This document shows positions 51,301 to 56,664 of a DNA stretch of 64,000 bases, one piece after another (position 1 is the stretch's first letter; every line of letters begins with the position of its first letter). The stretch covers positions 137,295-201,294 of the forward strand of contig JBAZWB010000001.1 of NCBI GenBank assembly GCA_041660605.1, in the 5' to 3' direction. A program made the position numbers and the translations under genes. The notes under the pieces were generated by a model. That model ran no database searches. It saw only the letters and a list, made by a program, of their open reading frames with translations, and had not been told where the DNA came from. Source of the DNA: Patescibacteria group bacterium (GTDB taxonomy: Bacteria; Patescibacteriota; Patescibacteriia; UBA10025; JAHIVO01).

Positions 51301-53412
51301 TGGACTATTTCTGGCAATATTGATTTTACTGACGGGACTTACACGGCCACAGCAGACAATATTCTCAAGATGAACGGAACAGCTAAGGCCATCACTTCCG
51401 CCAGCAATGCCTTAAGTAAATTTGAAGTCTCCGGCGGCAGCGTTTCTACTGCAGATGCCTTGTTGGTCAATAAAACGCTCAATATTTCTGGCGGGGGATT
51501 TACGCAGGCAGCCAATGCCAACCTTACCGTGTATGGCAATTTTACGATCGCTATTGGCACGACATTCACCAACGCCTCGGGCACCGGCATCCTCATCTTA
51601 GACGGCAACCCCACGGCCAATACTTTCACGGATAACTCGTCCCCAAAACAGAACATGGGTGACGTACAAATTGGCTTGTCGCCGGGTACCACGGATCTAG
51701 CCAGCGATATGATCGCTAAGAAGTTGACGATTAACGATGGCGACATATTCAACACTAATGGTTATGATCTAAACATTGGTATCGGAGGGATTATTGTCGC
51801 TGCTGATGGTGGCTCAGGCGGAGGCACATTGGATGTTGACGATGACGTGGAAACAGACGGTACGGTTATGGAAACAGACGGCATCTTTGACTTAAAAAGT
51901 GGCGGTGATTTATTAAACAGCGGTGGGACAAACGTGGGTTCCTTGCTGAAATTTACCATGCCGGCAGCCTTAGCTGACGTAACCAGTGATTTAATAACTG
52001 CTGGCACTGGCTCGCTATATGATCTTGAAGTTGATGACGGAGCCGGAGATTATAATTTAATCGTTGAAGTTGAGGATCCATTGGATGTGGATAATAATAT
52101 TAACATTACTGGCGGTATTTTAGATACGAAAACCGGTGAGAGTAACGCTATTACTATTGGCGGCAGTTGGGCCAACAGCGATACGTTTACTGCCCGGTCT
52201 GGTACTGTGACGTTTGACGCAACGTCAGGCACGAAGACCGTAAACCCCGGAACGTCTCCTTTTTATGTGCTTACCTTTAACGGTGTTGGCGGCACCTGGC
52301 AACCGACCACTAATACGGTTACGGTGTCCAGTAATCTGAATGTTACCAACGGTACAGTGGACAACGAAACCAACGACCAGATCCTGGATATTGGCGGAAA
52401 TGTGGCTATCAGTTCTGGCGGAGTACTGCAGGCTTCCTCAACCGCCAGCTTTACTGTCGCTGGCAACTGGGCAAACAGCGGCGATTTCACTGATGGCACC
52501 GGGACAGTCACGCTCGATGGTACGGCGCAGCAGACGCTCTCCGGCCAGCTGACAGGCGCGAATGATCGCTTCTATAACCTGACGGTTACTAACGCGGGCG
52601 CTGCTGACCCTGACGTCATCTTTGATGCCAGCGCTGATACGGATAATAACTTCACGGCCGCAACGGCGGGTACGCAGCTTCAGTTCAAAGCTGGCAGTAC
52701 TTATGCGTTTGACAATATCGCCCTGGACGGCCAGGCAGCGGGTACCAGAGTTTTCCTGCGCTCTTCGTCATTGGGCACGCAGTGGAATATAAATGTCTCC
52801 GGTTCGCGTTCAGTCTCCAACACTAACGTGCGCGATTCATACGCCTGCGGCCAGCCGCCCGATATAGACGCCTCCGACGGCACGAATTTTGACGCTACCA
52901 ATAATAATTGCTGGTTCATTAATTCACTGACTTTTTCGATATCAGATGTAGCCATCGGTTTCGGTCCGCTGGGAGCCGGGGGAGCCCGCTGGGCGACCGG
53001 CGATGGCAATGGCACTGGCGCGCAGCCGGCCGTAGGCAGCGGAGCCCATGAATTGACTATCAGCAGCAATTCAGACAATGGTTACGCCATTACTTACTAC
53101 GGCACGACCCTGACTGGCGAGCATGGCACTATCAGCAATGCCACCATTGCCGGTGATGGCAATGGTATACCGGGGACTGAGCAGTTTGCGCTGTCAGCTT
53201 CTGCCTCTGGCGATGCGGTTATCCCCGTTGACTATCGGTATAGCAGCAATAACTATGGTTTTGTTGAAAATTCGCTCACTACATTAGTCTCTGAATCCGG
53301 GCCAACAGCTTCAGAAACAATTGATCTATATTATATAGCTAATATTGCGACGCAAACCGAAGCCGGAGAATATAGTACAGCAATAATATATATTGCCACC
53401 GCAACTTTCTAA
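33379..53412 (+). CDS. Giant surface protein (6677 aa): N-terminal excisionase-type HTH plus TM helix, Asn/Thr-rich linker, Ig-like and Thr/Gly/Ser/Asn-rich beta-helix-like super-repeats, C-terminal SCPU/Csu-pilin-like domain
   Basis: Single uninterrupted ORF of 20 kb. Repeated modules ASASGNTVDYGYAGAQTV..YHHL.LSGSG.KT (5 copies), ELHVWTGDTYDPGGTV.TNATGGD.HVDD (3-4 copies), SGTIYTDEGS..YNC.SNNLT..VKVNG (3 copies). Confidence 0.85.
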   Translation: MTLQRFFNKNTPNWLTKPKRGNRGKEIDFKSYPALLTIEQVGEIFNIHANTVRNWDRTGKLKAVRMGSRRDRRYPKEMVQKIYLEMHPKETEDKKESNEKTALPAPEVSKYIIQPGFSFNKIRLLLISKRFTVFVYSVIMVAVAFVTVQVSFFAYVYTIRAEEKPPEEYTLTINPTVVKGWQNPDKAKEIETKTNSPISDFTEKNAAIFHNKPVVSPTEAPAVPIKAEEVLPAANTNHETITDTNVNINTAVPPPSPEPPPANSNLNQAVTPANTNVNVNTNTNSNSNANANTNSESVNTNSENTNTNLNSNSNANTGVESDLNANTNTSVPVEGQPQVKVLGEETSQVGEVIETAQENIFEASGYAFPDTVPELAKLKSVKIIYSLAADTYPDNEDVITLSYSLDNGDSWQTADSFALLDNVSNSTHGGYWEVSLNNIDIKDFAKIRARVSYNAVPSDKDAKAYLDGIILEAVVKNPEPAVVEIQNSVEIEKTDVKIDEQPVVSVAVEQESFFSFIGAASQTREVKDIELVDPSGEAIKEVNYDLQEVQEGKTIKAEYAIQTDNFDKPGRYQVKMQIEQDGVTEEVTQEFNWGVLAINPDQSIYQAGQPAMLSIGVLDETGNMVCDADVTLEITNPDGEVTIKKTSDGGITVSQYCTYKGEFKGPDYYTDYIPSVPGTYKMKLSATHHSGTNVINDSFEAQLFPEYTIKRTGPTRVFPYIYQPMVLEVTAQKDFEGEITEVVPDVFEVKDTDDAQMRRFTSGTVIYKEIVWQRALAAGQTMKLSYNFKTPEKSPALYFVGPARVGDWNEGREWQMAIDVTYMYVLAKNASAPSGWTDDTATFDNKYLRGAATFSSTGGGAATHAPTIHHNNVNPSTDAAGTTCTRRCGAVATLAHTHTSSNPTIGDASNDPAYHTFYVWKNNTGVPANIPQNAFGFFDANPGGSWTRLSAADSRLVKLDNSHTTGGTDTHSHTVTWQSLAAASGSSSSLDPLLGDGTAASVHGHFAPAFGSTDSQTSVPQYVTTLIYEQTNATPPAIPTGYIGLFDADPGAGWTVISDGALEDYYQRFIRGDATTEGTKAGANTTDHAEVTSGASDAPDTNALGSVGTVYSGPNHTHTITTGFNTEDHTPSYVDFVVAQYTGASSTINLSGVAYQENESSPINGSSVNKTVNLLVNGAATACGGAACTDEITTSDGAWAITGITAVSGDIITVFLNDETEEGTTVFKSDGVTQTNINIFQNAVIVRNDTGTSITNANLESGDRDAGDNDIKFDVSSSNVTVDSGFELHVWTGDTYDPGGTVSTNATGGDVHVDDSATIYFDTATSQVGLGTIVDASATLNLDAATTFGGDVTINSTGTWNNTTANLSLTIPGSLQNNGTFNAGTGTYTFNGATKTFSGTTATTIPSVSVSGTLQNNGTLTVSSALAGGGTLTNGATGALHIDVAAASLTLTTLTASASGNTVDYGYAGAQTVKAVTYHHLSFSGSGAKTLTSLTTVNGDLTWSGTATGTSASSLIVGGNLVINDTANFSAGAVNLTVMGTTSITGTLTFNSSTGTKILTGAVTINANGTWTNSGNSALWFKGGLTNNSANTFTAGSGAYAFYTNDQAIGGTNAISIPNVNVPTITLTNNGTLTVTTQLTGSGGITNSATGALHIDAASFSLTTLTASASGNTVDYGYAGVQTVHDNTYHHLTLSGSGDKTMTTNTRTIGGNLTLSGTATATTNASGTTTVTGDVIINTGTTLTVAVAFVVNGGDITGDGTLTYTGTPIIYLNGTGNLGGATAWTFYSLNLAASGGTATTTAIGAGQITIASTLTLVYYYNAGNDTESFHHLNAGPKTWTLSGSGTPFIKNATFTPATSTFIYSGTGSTNITGATYNNLTLQPSSGTPTYTLADSTAYTIGGNLVMSSTANLTVSAGTSIITMTGTSNTITGGGQTIYDLTINPATAGTITLQTSGLTLTRNLIVSSGDIFSVGAIALTVTGTSTITGTINITSATGTKIFTGLVTVSTTTGVWNNSGNSAVTFRGGITNNNTFTAGSGVHTFDTNSQALTGTFSIPSVTVTSPTTLTNDGTLTISTALSGTGGLTNSATGTLNIGGTSGITTITASASGNTVNYTGGVQTVHINTYHHLTLSGSGAKTMTSVQTVNGNLTLSGTVTATISSSFGVGLDVIINTGTTLTVAAQLIVSGGDITGDGTMTYTGTPTVYLIGTGSFGGANAWSFYNLTFAISSGAATTTTATGAGQITVASVLALSYWFNGDSDVNHYLDAGSKTWTLSGSGTPFPYNRAYAQLIPNASTFIYSGTSATNVRYAPYNNLTLSGAATYTQLTGGCTVSGALNVANGATFSIPTSMTVTNSGTFTLNTSGTVSGAGTVKFTSTSAGPGTGGTLSAVVQYDSSGGSIASTTFDARTYVGAVDIYGNNSSNSVTAASGTYTFSGNLSITQDGTGTTTLDLNTSDPTVGVTGTTTIDASTILSASSASAMSLGDDFTNNGTFTHNSGSVALTTTATATITGNTTFNNLSVSGIGAAKTITFTASSVTTVVGTWTVTGTAGNLITLQSSSSPTQWTINPTVASVSYVQVSDSNNTGVAFCATYSTDTGDNNTNWSVSSGGVCTTINVSGTIYTDEGSTVYNCSSNNLTVRIKVNGVGSYSADCTAAGGTFAVSNVSVGAINDVVTVFLDNETPNAVTITKTADTTSNLTDINLYQNKAIVRHESASAITNANLDQYDFANEGSDGDIGFTVTTNNITVASGWELHVWTGKTYNPGGTVATNATGGDLHVDDSGVFTTGGTTTVGANLAIDTGATMTAGAYDLTVTGTTGITGTMTISSATGTKILTGSVTVNSGGTWTNSGNSNVEFQGGLTNNSANTFTAGTGGYAFDTNSQAIGGTNAISIPSVTVTGVTLTNNGTLTVTTALAGSGGITNATTGALHIDVAAASFTLTTLTASASGNTVDYGYAGAQTVKATTYHHLILSTSGAKTMTNVTTINGNLTMTGTVTASTSTSGQTTVAGDVSIGTGTTLTVDTANLVVNGGDITGDGTLTYNGTPTVSLDGNGSFGGNTAWSFWNLTFADAACATLYSNATGSGGITVNNVMTTASQPGACIEVDEVSNAHDLYAGSKTWTIAGSGTSYVKNRGVLTPETSTFIYSGTGSTTVALGPYNNLTLQPSTGTPTYTLQNSTYSIGGNLVIVPDITAGTSTVNMTGTSNTITGGGRSIYNLTINPATAGTITLQTSGLTVAHNLIVSSGDIFSVGAVDLTVTGTSTITGTLTLSSATGTKIFTGLVTVSTTTGTWNNSGNSAITFQGGLTNNNVFTAGTGVYTFDTNDQAIGGTSTIAIPSVTVTTITLTNNGTLTVTTALAGTGGITNDTTGSLHIDVAAASLTLTTLTATASGNTVDYGYAGAQTVHDNSYHHLTLSGSGDKTMPAGTKNIGGNLTLSGTATATTYSGVGTTSVTGDVSIGTGTTLTIAKDILVSGGDITGDGNLTYINTPIVYLSGAGNFGGATNWSFYDLIFSISSSPNTTTTAIGAGQITVASVLTISSWNDGFGETYYHNLDAGSKTWTLSGSGTPFTGNATLTPSASTFVYSGTSATTVDAGPYYNLSLQPASPPDYVIYTIGDTTVGGNLVMSTLAQKLITQVGTSTVTMTGTSNTITSGGQSLYNLTINPSSAGTITVQTDDFQVDGALDIADNDTFSIPTGRTVTSIGAITLNTSGTVSGAGTLSLDYRSTGLGTGGTVSCIVRFDTTSASIGAGTFDARTYGGLVQLYNNQQTLDRVITAPATGTFVFSGGLTMRVNNQYGELTADFDDTTDPTVTVTGSVTIPAGGTFLAPSSTTLSVGASFSNSGTFTHNSGTVALTTSAAATITGNTTFNNLSVTGIGAAKAITFTGSSVTTVAGTWTVTGTAGNLITLQSSDTNNWTINPAAASVSYASISRSTNTGISFCAIYSTNGGNNAGWNISIGPICESVSITGIIYTDEGSTLYNCASNNLTIAVKVNGYGTYSSTCTTADGEYVLSDVMVDGTNDVLTVFLNNETPNAVAVSKIADTPAGINNLNLYQDKVIVRHESSSAMTNANLDKYDFVNEGSDGDIGFTVTTNNITVASGWELHVWTGDTYDPGGTVTTNATGGDLHVDDSAVVYLDTATNAIGRDILVDGSATLNIDADTTVSGGDITISGSGATVTKSTGTPTVTITGTGSIGGGTTPSISFYSLTVGTATAASTTAANNISVTNTLNVDTSDSLAIASGMTVTHSGATLTLNGTISGAGRLTYKSSTAFPTGGTISSILRFDSSSNNQDLSSRTYGGNVEIYGNNASNIVTAASGTYTISGSLTTSQDGTGATALDLNANAPNLTVNGALTVGANTILSSTANILDVKGNLTNNGTFSNNGGTVRLSGTSQQTMSGSWNGAQLADLTVTNNSGSDPDTSPSVIFSSSVSLNGTFTAATGGTKLRFNTGITFWAYGLTLTGSAGNLVYLRSSTSGTEVTFEYGGLAQSVTYADVKDMDNGGGTVINATGTGNVNSGNNTNWDFGSIRVAGTIYSNDGVTPYNCSSDNLTIKVSTNGGAVNSGTCTAANGTFVMTNITKPGAIDQPIALLIDSGETPQATSVTLAASTLGDANMDLYQNRLIIDSETGTTMTDILLDTADNSGDAGIRYAIASGNLSVSSGLGLWVWTGKNFTPGGTVTTPASGTAAGGAGDVNIAASATLNMAANALSVGGDFTNSGTFTITSGQATTFTATGTDFAIDDGTATFQNIIFNGSGGGWSFSSAVTLSGDLTMTAGMLSGTSDITVNGNDITGNGTINLTGGTVSLPDTGSLGGDAAWTFYNLSLTQASFTDKTTTAIGSGSITVSNVLRGYSAYDAGSDHDYFHILAAGSKTWILSGTGTPFANGGLLVGDTSTFRYTGNGATNIASAEDATTNYYYNLELKPSGTATYTLPDAIVSTPQRVNGNLIIGNGTNSVTVDGTTNNPYYNIGGNVTCTTGAGTNTVQTGTATWAIAGDFDLSNCDVFTATAGNTITLSGTSKTYTHNNLAGNPYNLNITGTIAESTPGTNYIDNNLTISGTFTSTAATLGVGNTFTNNGTFNANNGDVVFSGSSGIIAGSSTTTFFGLFVQPTGSGTVTVNGSNPTVTDDLSVATGDTLSISSGQILSHTGGTIDLLGIMSGDGLLRITNGSSGPGTTGTLNVDVRYENGISETTLDARTYGGDVEFYIDSEALMSASSRMASGTYNFNGNLYINAVNNANISLEGNFNNPTVNVTGNIDFLGSGPGMEIIQTGTGTWTVGGNIDFTDGTYTATTGNTLTMNGADATINTGGNSLYNFSTSGTGIITTASAITVTNDVSIGTGSTLRANTDTSVAGDLTGDGTLTYTSGTPTVTMSNTGNIGGATAWTFYNLTLSADASSDYTTTAAGIGNINIDNVLTTESADCGVDCFRYHYLNGGLKTWTLTGSGTPFINNGSLTPASSTFVFSGTSATTVAGATYNNLLLLPPSGTPTYTLAGSQYIAGDFSMAAGLTMDAGAYTVTMAGTNNSIISNGQTLYNLTIDPATTGTITVQTGNLTVSNNLRIEAGDTLAIDNGVTLAHTGNDLIILDSASTIAGPGRLTYRSATAFPTDGTLSAGLILRLDTTSTNQTMSSRTDYQLVEIDNSGATGGRTVTIGSGTAQTVTTSGALSVLSSGSGSVELAGATYNPAVNIGGDLSYTAGGGTKTITTGTGTWTVSGNVNLTNGTFTKSTGHTLVMNGSSKTLTSAAQILENLTLSGTITLANATHTVNGSLTLSGTVTAGSSNVTMTGTSNTIVGGGNILSTLTINPSSTGTITLQTSDLTVSGTLSVAADDTLSIDTSRTVTAVDTLVINGTISGAGRLTFKGYTFPGTGTVSSIVRMDATDAGSGQNIGARTFGGLVEIYNNSASSNRIVSLQSGTFNFSGDVNLTAANNQNVTLDGSGNDSTVNITGNLDFTGAGSGSEIIASGTGTWTISGNIDFTDGTYTATADNILKMNGTAKAITSASNALSKFEVSGGSVSTADALLVNKTLNISGGGFTQAANANLTVYGNFTIAIGTTFTNASGTGILILDGNPTANTFTDNSSPKQNMGDVQIGLSPGTTDLASDMIAKKLTINDGDIFNTNGYDLNIGIGGIIVAADGGSGGGTLDVDDDVETDGTVMETDGIFDLKSGGDLLNSGGTNVGSLLKFTMPAALADVTSDLITAGTGSLYDLEVDDGAGDYNLIVEVEDPLDVDNNINITGGILDTKTGESNAITIGGSWANSDTFTARSGTVTFDATSGTKTVNPGTSPFYVLTFNGVGGTWQPTTNTVTVSSNLNVTNGTVDNETNDQILDIGGNVAISSGGVLQASSTASFTVAGNWANSGDFTDGTGTVTLDGTAQQTLSGQLTGANDRFYNLTVTNAGAADPDVIFDASADTDNNFTAATAGTQLQFKAGSTYAFDNIALDGQAAGTRVFLRSSSLGTQWNINVSGSRSVSNTNVRDSYACGQPPDIDASDGTNFDATNNNCWFINSLTFSISDVAIGFGPLGAGGARWATGDGNGTGAQPAVGSGAHELTISSNSDNGYAITYYGTTLTGEHGTISNATIAGDGNGIPGTEQFALSASASGDAVIPVDYRYSSNNYGFVENSLTTLVSESGPTASETIDLYYIANIATQTEAGEYSTAIIYIATATF

Positions 53413-53558
53413 TATTAGCCATTGTCTTTGACACATTAAAGTATTTATGATATACTATCTGCAGATAACGTGGTTAAATGTGGTTTTTCTCGGATTTTTT
53501 AATAAAACCGAAAAAATTAAATTAATATATAAAAATTAATAATTAAAATGAGCAAAAT

Positions 53559-54626
53559 ATGGTTAAACTAAAACGATTGTATGTCGTAATTTTAGCTCTT
53601 TTTTTAGTGGTAGCGTTTAACGTACCAGCCCTACCAGCCTGGGCTGCCAGTCTGTCTGATATGTCAGACACCTTGACTACGGCTGCTCAGAATACTGTTG
53701 CAAATCATACTATTCTCTTCACCACCCCGACTGGCGTTCCTGCAGGGCAGACAATCACCTTAACATTTGATACGGATTTTCAGGATCTGGCGGGTATCAC
53801 TGAGAATGACGTGGATATTGCCGATGACACCGTAGATTTAACAACTGCTGCCGACTGTACCGGCGCTGAACAGGCTAGCGTAGCCATGGCCAGCCCGACT
53901 TTAACGATTACCATCTGCGCTGGTGACGGTGGAGATATCGCGGCTGCCAGTAATGTAACTATTGAAATAGGTACTAATGCTACTGCCTCCGGTATTGGCG
54001 CTAATCAGATAAAGAATCCAGCCGCCGCGGAAACTTCCATGATTGCTTTAGCCGGCACGATGGCTGATTCCGGCACTCTTTCGGTAGTAACAATTGCAGA
54101 CGATAGCGTCGCGGTTACCGCCACGGTAAATCCTAGTATTACTTTTTCAATAACAGACACGGCTATTGGTTTTGGCGCTTTGACTTCAGCCAATGCCCGT
54201 TTTGCTACTGCAGATGGTAACGGCTCTGATACTGACAGCACCGCTGCCTTTACTATGGATGTATCCACAAATTCAACAAATGGTTATGCCATTACATATA
54301 ATGGTTCAACGCTGACTAGCGGAGCAGATACCATTACTGTAGCCAATATTACCAATGATGCAAATGGAACTGCTAATACGGAAGAGTTCGGCATGGGCTT
54401 GTCAGCCAGCGGAGACGCGACAGTTGCCGCTGCCTATGATCACAATGCGACAGCAGGCAATCGCGACTGGGCATTTATCGATGCCACGACCACCACGATT
54501 GTTTCCGAAAACGGCCCAACCGCCACGGAAACCATCAGCGCTTTCTTCCTGGCGAACATTTCCGGCAATACCGAAGCAGGCAGCTATTCAACCGCGATAA
54601 CCTATATTGCCACCGCCACTTTTTAG
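53559..54626 (+). CDS. Secreted protein (355 aa) whose C-terminal ~165 aa is homologous to the C-terminus of the giant protein
   Basis: Signal peptide (MVKLKRLYVVILALFLVVAFNVPALPAWAAS); C-terminus ...NGYAITYNGSTLTSG...EAGSYSTAITYIATATF versus giant ...NGYAITYYGTTLTGE...EAGEYSTAIIYIATATF. Confidence 0.8.
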   Translation: MVKLKRLYVVILALFLVVAFNVPALPAWAASLSDMSDTLTTAAQNTVANHTILFTTPTGVPAGQTITLTFDTDFQDLAGITENDVDIADDTVDLTTAADCTGAEQASVAMASPTLTITICAGDGGDIAAASNVTIEIGTNATASGIGANQIKNPAAAETSMIALAGTMADSGTLSVVTIADDSVAVTATVNPSITFSITDTAIGFGALTSANARFATADGNGSDTDSTAAFTMDVSTNSTNGYAITYNGSTLTSGADTITVANITNDANGTANTEEFGMGLSASGDATVAAAYDHNATAGNRDWAFIDATTTTIVSENGPTATETISAFFLANISGNTEAGSYSTAITYIATATF

Positions 54627-54708
54627 CCGTGAACAAGCTTTTTGCTCTTCCTAACCTTAGGTAAAGGATACAGGAGGGAGGGTAGACATAATTTAAATAA
54701 TTAACCCC

Positions 54709-55638
54709 ATGCTTATGTCGAAAAAAAATATTATCGCTTTCAGCGCTATCCTGTTCTTTGCCTTTTTGGTGCTGCCGAAGATTTCGGCTGCACTGGAAGT
54801 AACGCCCGCTATACGCGAGGTTGATCTGGCTAAGGGAGAGAAGACCGTGGTCATGATTGAACTGCAGAATGAGGCCACAGAAACCATGCAATTAAACACG
54901 CAGGTGGTCAATTTTACGGCTAAAGATGAGATTTCCGGCGAGCCGGAATACAATCTGACCGGTACGCCTACTGGTATTGCTACCTGGACTACTGTACAGG
55001 CAGGCCCGATAGTTATCCAGCCTTCCGGCAAAGTAGAAGTCCCGGTAACTTTTGATACGCCTGCCACTGCTACACCCGGCGGCCACTACGTCGGGGTGGT
55101 TTTTAGTTTTGTAGAATCTGCCGCTGCGGCAACCAATAACAGCCTGAAGATTGAGTCAAAAGTGGCAGTACCAATATTAGCGACTGTCGCGGGCAACTTT
55201 ACGGAAAGCGCCAGGATTGTTGCTTTCAAAACAAATAAGACTAATTATACTTCCGGCCCGGTTAAATTTACCCTGCGTTATGAAAATACCGGCGCTGTTC
55301 ACCTGAAGCCTACCGGTAAAGTCACCGTAACCAGCATGTTCGGCAAGGTGGTGAAGGAAGCTACCATTAATACCGAATTAAGCGCAGTCCTGCCGGGGAC
55401 TATCAGGCAGTATGACGTCGCCAGCTGGAAAGACCTAGGCAGTGCTTTTGGCAAATATACCGCCAAGGTCACTCTGACATCAAGCGGCGTAGTCACTAAT
55501 GACACTTACGATTTTTGGGTATTTTCAACCACCGGCATTGTTATCGCGGTTGTCATATTATTAGTGGTTATGATCCTGATAGTTTTACTGATTAAGGCTT
55601 TAACCAAGAAAAAAACAGAAGCCCCGGCTGCTAAATAG
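54709..55638 (+). CDS. Cell-surface protein with signal peptide, beta-rich ectodomain of about 260 aa, C-terminal TM anchor and Lys-rich tail (paralog 1)
   Basis: N-terminal signal peptide, C-terminal IVIAVVILLVVMILIVLLIKALTKKKTEAPAAK; shares PGGHY and NTGAVHLKPTGKVTV motifs with the next gene. Confidence 0.75.
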   Translation: MLMSKKNIIAFSAILFFAFLVLPKISAALEVTPAIREVDLAKGEKTVVMIELQNEATETMQLNTQVVNFTAKDEISGEPEYNLTGTPTGIATWTTVQAGPIVIQPSGKVEVPVTFDTPATATPGGHYVGVVFSFVESAAAATNNSLKIESKVAVPILATVAGNFTESARIVAFKTNKTNYTSGPVKFTLRYENTGAVHLKPTGKVTVTSMFGKVVKEATINTELSAVLPGTIRQYDVASWKDLGSAFGKYTAKVTLTSSGVVTNDTYDFWVFSTTGIVIAVVILLVVMILIVLLIKALTKKKTEAPAAK

Positions 55639-55653
55639 CTTTTATAATAAGTT

Positions 55654-56661
55654 TTGTGTATGCATTGCATTGTGAAAAAAATTAATTTTCGCCTGATCTT
55701 CCTTTTTGCATTTGTTGTCGTTGGGACTCTGCTTTTGGGAAATGGAGCGCAAGCCGTGACGCTTATTCCGCCGTCGTTGGAAATTGGCTTAAAACCGGGC
55801 GCTGAATATGACACAGTTATAAAGCTTTTTAACGAAACTTCAAATACCATCAGTTTATATACTGAAGTAACCAATTTTTCCGCTAAGGGAGAAACCGGTC
55901 AGCCGGAATTTGATTTTGGCGGTGAGCTAATCGGCCTGGCAAAATGGATAAACGTGGAAAAAGGCCCGATCGTCATTGAGCCGGGAAAACGTTATGAAGT
56001 TCCGGTGGCCATCAAGACTCCTGTTGACGCCGATCCGGGCGGCCATTATGCGACCTTGTTTTTCAGCTCTTCTCCTCCGGAAGAAGGCCAGCTGCGCATT
56101 GCCTCAAAGGTAGGTACGCTGATCCTAGCGCGAGTCGACGGGGAAATAAAGGAAGCAGGAAGCATCACTGAATTCAGCGCTAGCAAAAAAACTTTTTCGA
56201 GTCTGCCGGTTGAATTTACCATTCGCTTCAGTAATTCCGGAAATGTCCATCTGAAGCCCACAGGAAAGATTGCTGTAAAAAATATTTTTGGGAAGGAAAC
56301 AGTTTCTATTGATTTTAACGCCAGCAAAGGAGCCACTCTGCCAAATACCGTACGCATGTATCAGGCTACCTGGGACAAGGGGCTGATCATTGATAAATCG
56401 GGCAATGTCTGGTCAGATTTCTGGCAGGGTTACAGCAATGAAAAAAACAATTTTGCCCTGGGCAAATATACCGCTGAATTAAGCATTACTGCTGGTACGC
56501 TGGAGAGCGTCAAGGACACCGCTAAGGTGGGTTTCTGGGTATTGCCCTGGCACATGATGCTGGTCTGGGGCTTACTAGCGGTTTTAGCGGTATTATTGAT
56601 TATATTTTTGATCAAGAAATATAACGCATGGATATTAAAAAAAGCGAAATCACAGCAATAA
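55654..56661 (+). CDS. Cell-surface protein with signal peptide and C-terminal TM anchor (paralog 2)
   Basis: DPGGHYATLFF, NSGNVHLKPTGKIAV; C-terminal LLAVLAVLLIIFLIKKYN...KKAKSQQ. Confidence 0.75.
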   Translation: MCMHCIVKKINFRLIFLFAFVVVGTLLLGNGAQAVTLIPPSLEIGLKPGAEYDTVIKLFNETSNTISLYTEVTNFSAKGETGQPEFDFGGELIGLAKWINVEKGPIVIEPGKRYEVPVAIKTPVDADPGGHYATLFFSSSPPEEGQLRIASKVGTLILARVDGEIKEAGSITEFSASKKTFSSLPVEFTIRFSNSGNVHLKPTGKIAVKNIFGKETVSIDFNASKGATLPNTVRMYQATWDKGLIIDKSGNVWSDFWQGYSNEKNNFALGKYTAELSITAGTLESVKDTAKVGFWVLPWHMMLVWGLLAVLAVLLIIFLIKKYNAWILKKAKSQQ

Positions 56662-56664
56662 GTA

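Noticed and set aside
33754-53078. Dozens of 60-230-aa ORFs, mostly antisense, inside the giant gene (e.g. 36843-37538, 39189-39710, 50475-50978)
   Set aside because: They are by-products of the repetitive ACC/GGC/ACG-rich coding strand (Thr/Gly codons read as Val/Pro/Ala-rich antisense frames), with no independent signals.
52920-54626. Outer-membrane beta-barrel or autotransporter translocator interpretation of the shared C-terminal domain (terminal Phe, alternating hydrophobics)
   Set aside because: The domain is only ~165 aa and rich in Gly/Asn/Thr loops. A second, small secreted protein carries the same domain. The organism appears monoderm-like, so a pilin/SCPU-like or WxL-like module fits better, though this remains an inference.
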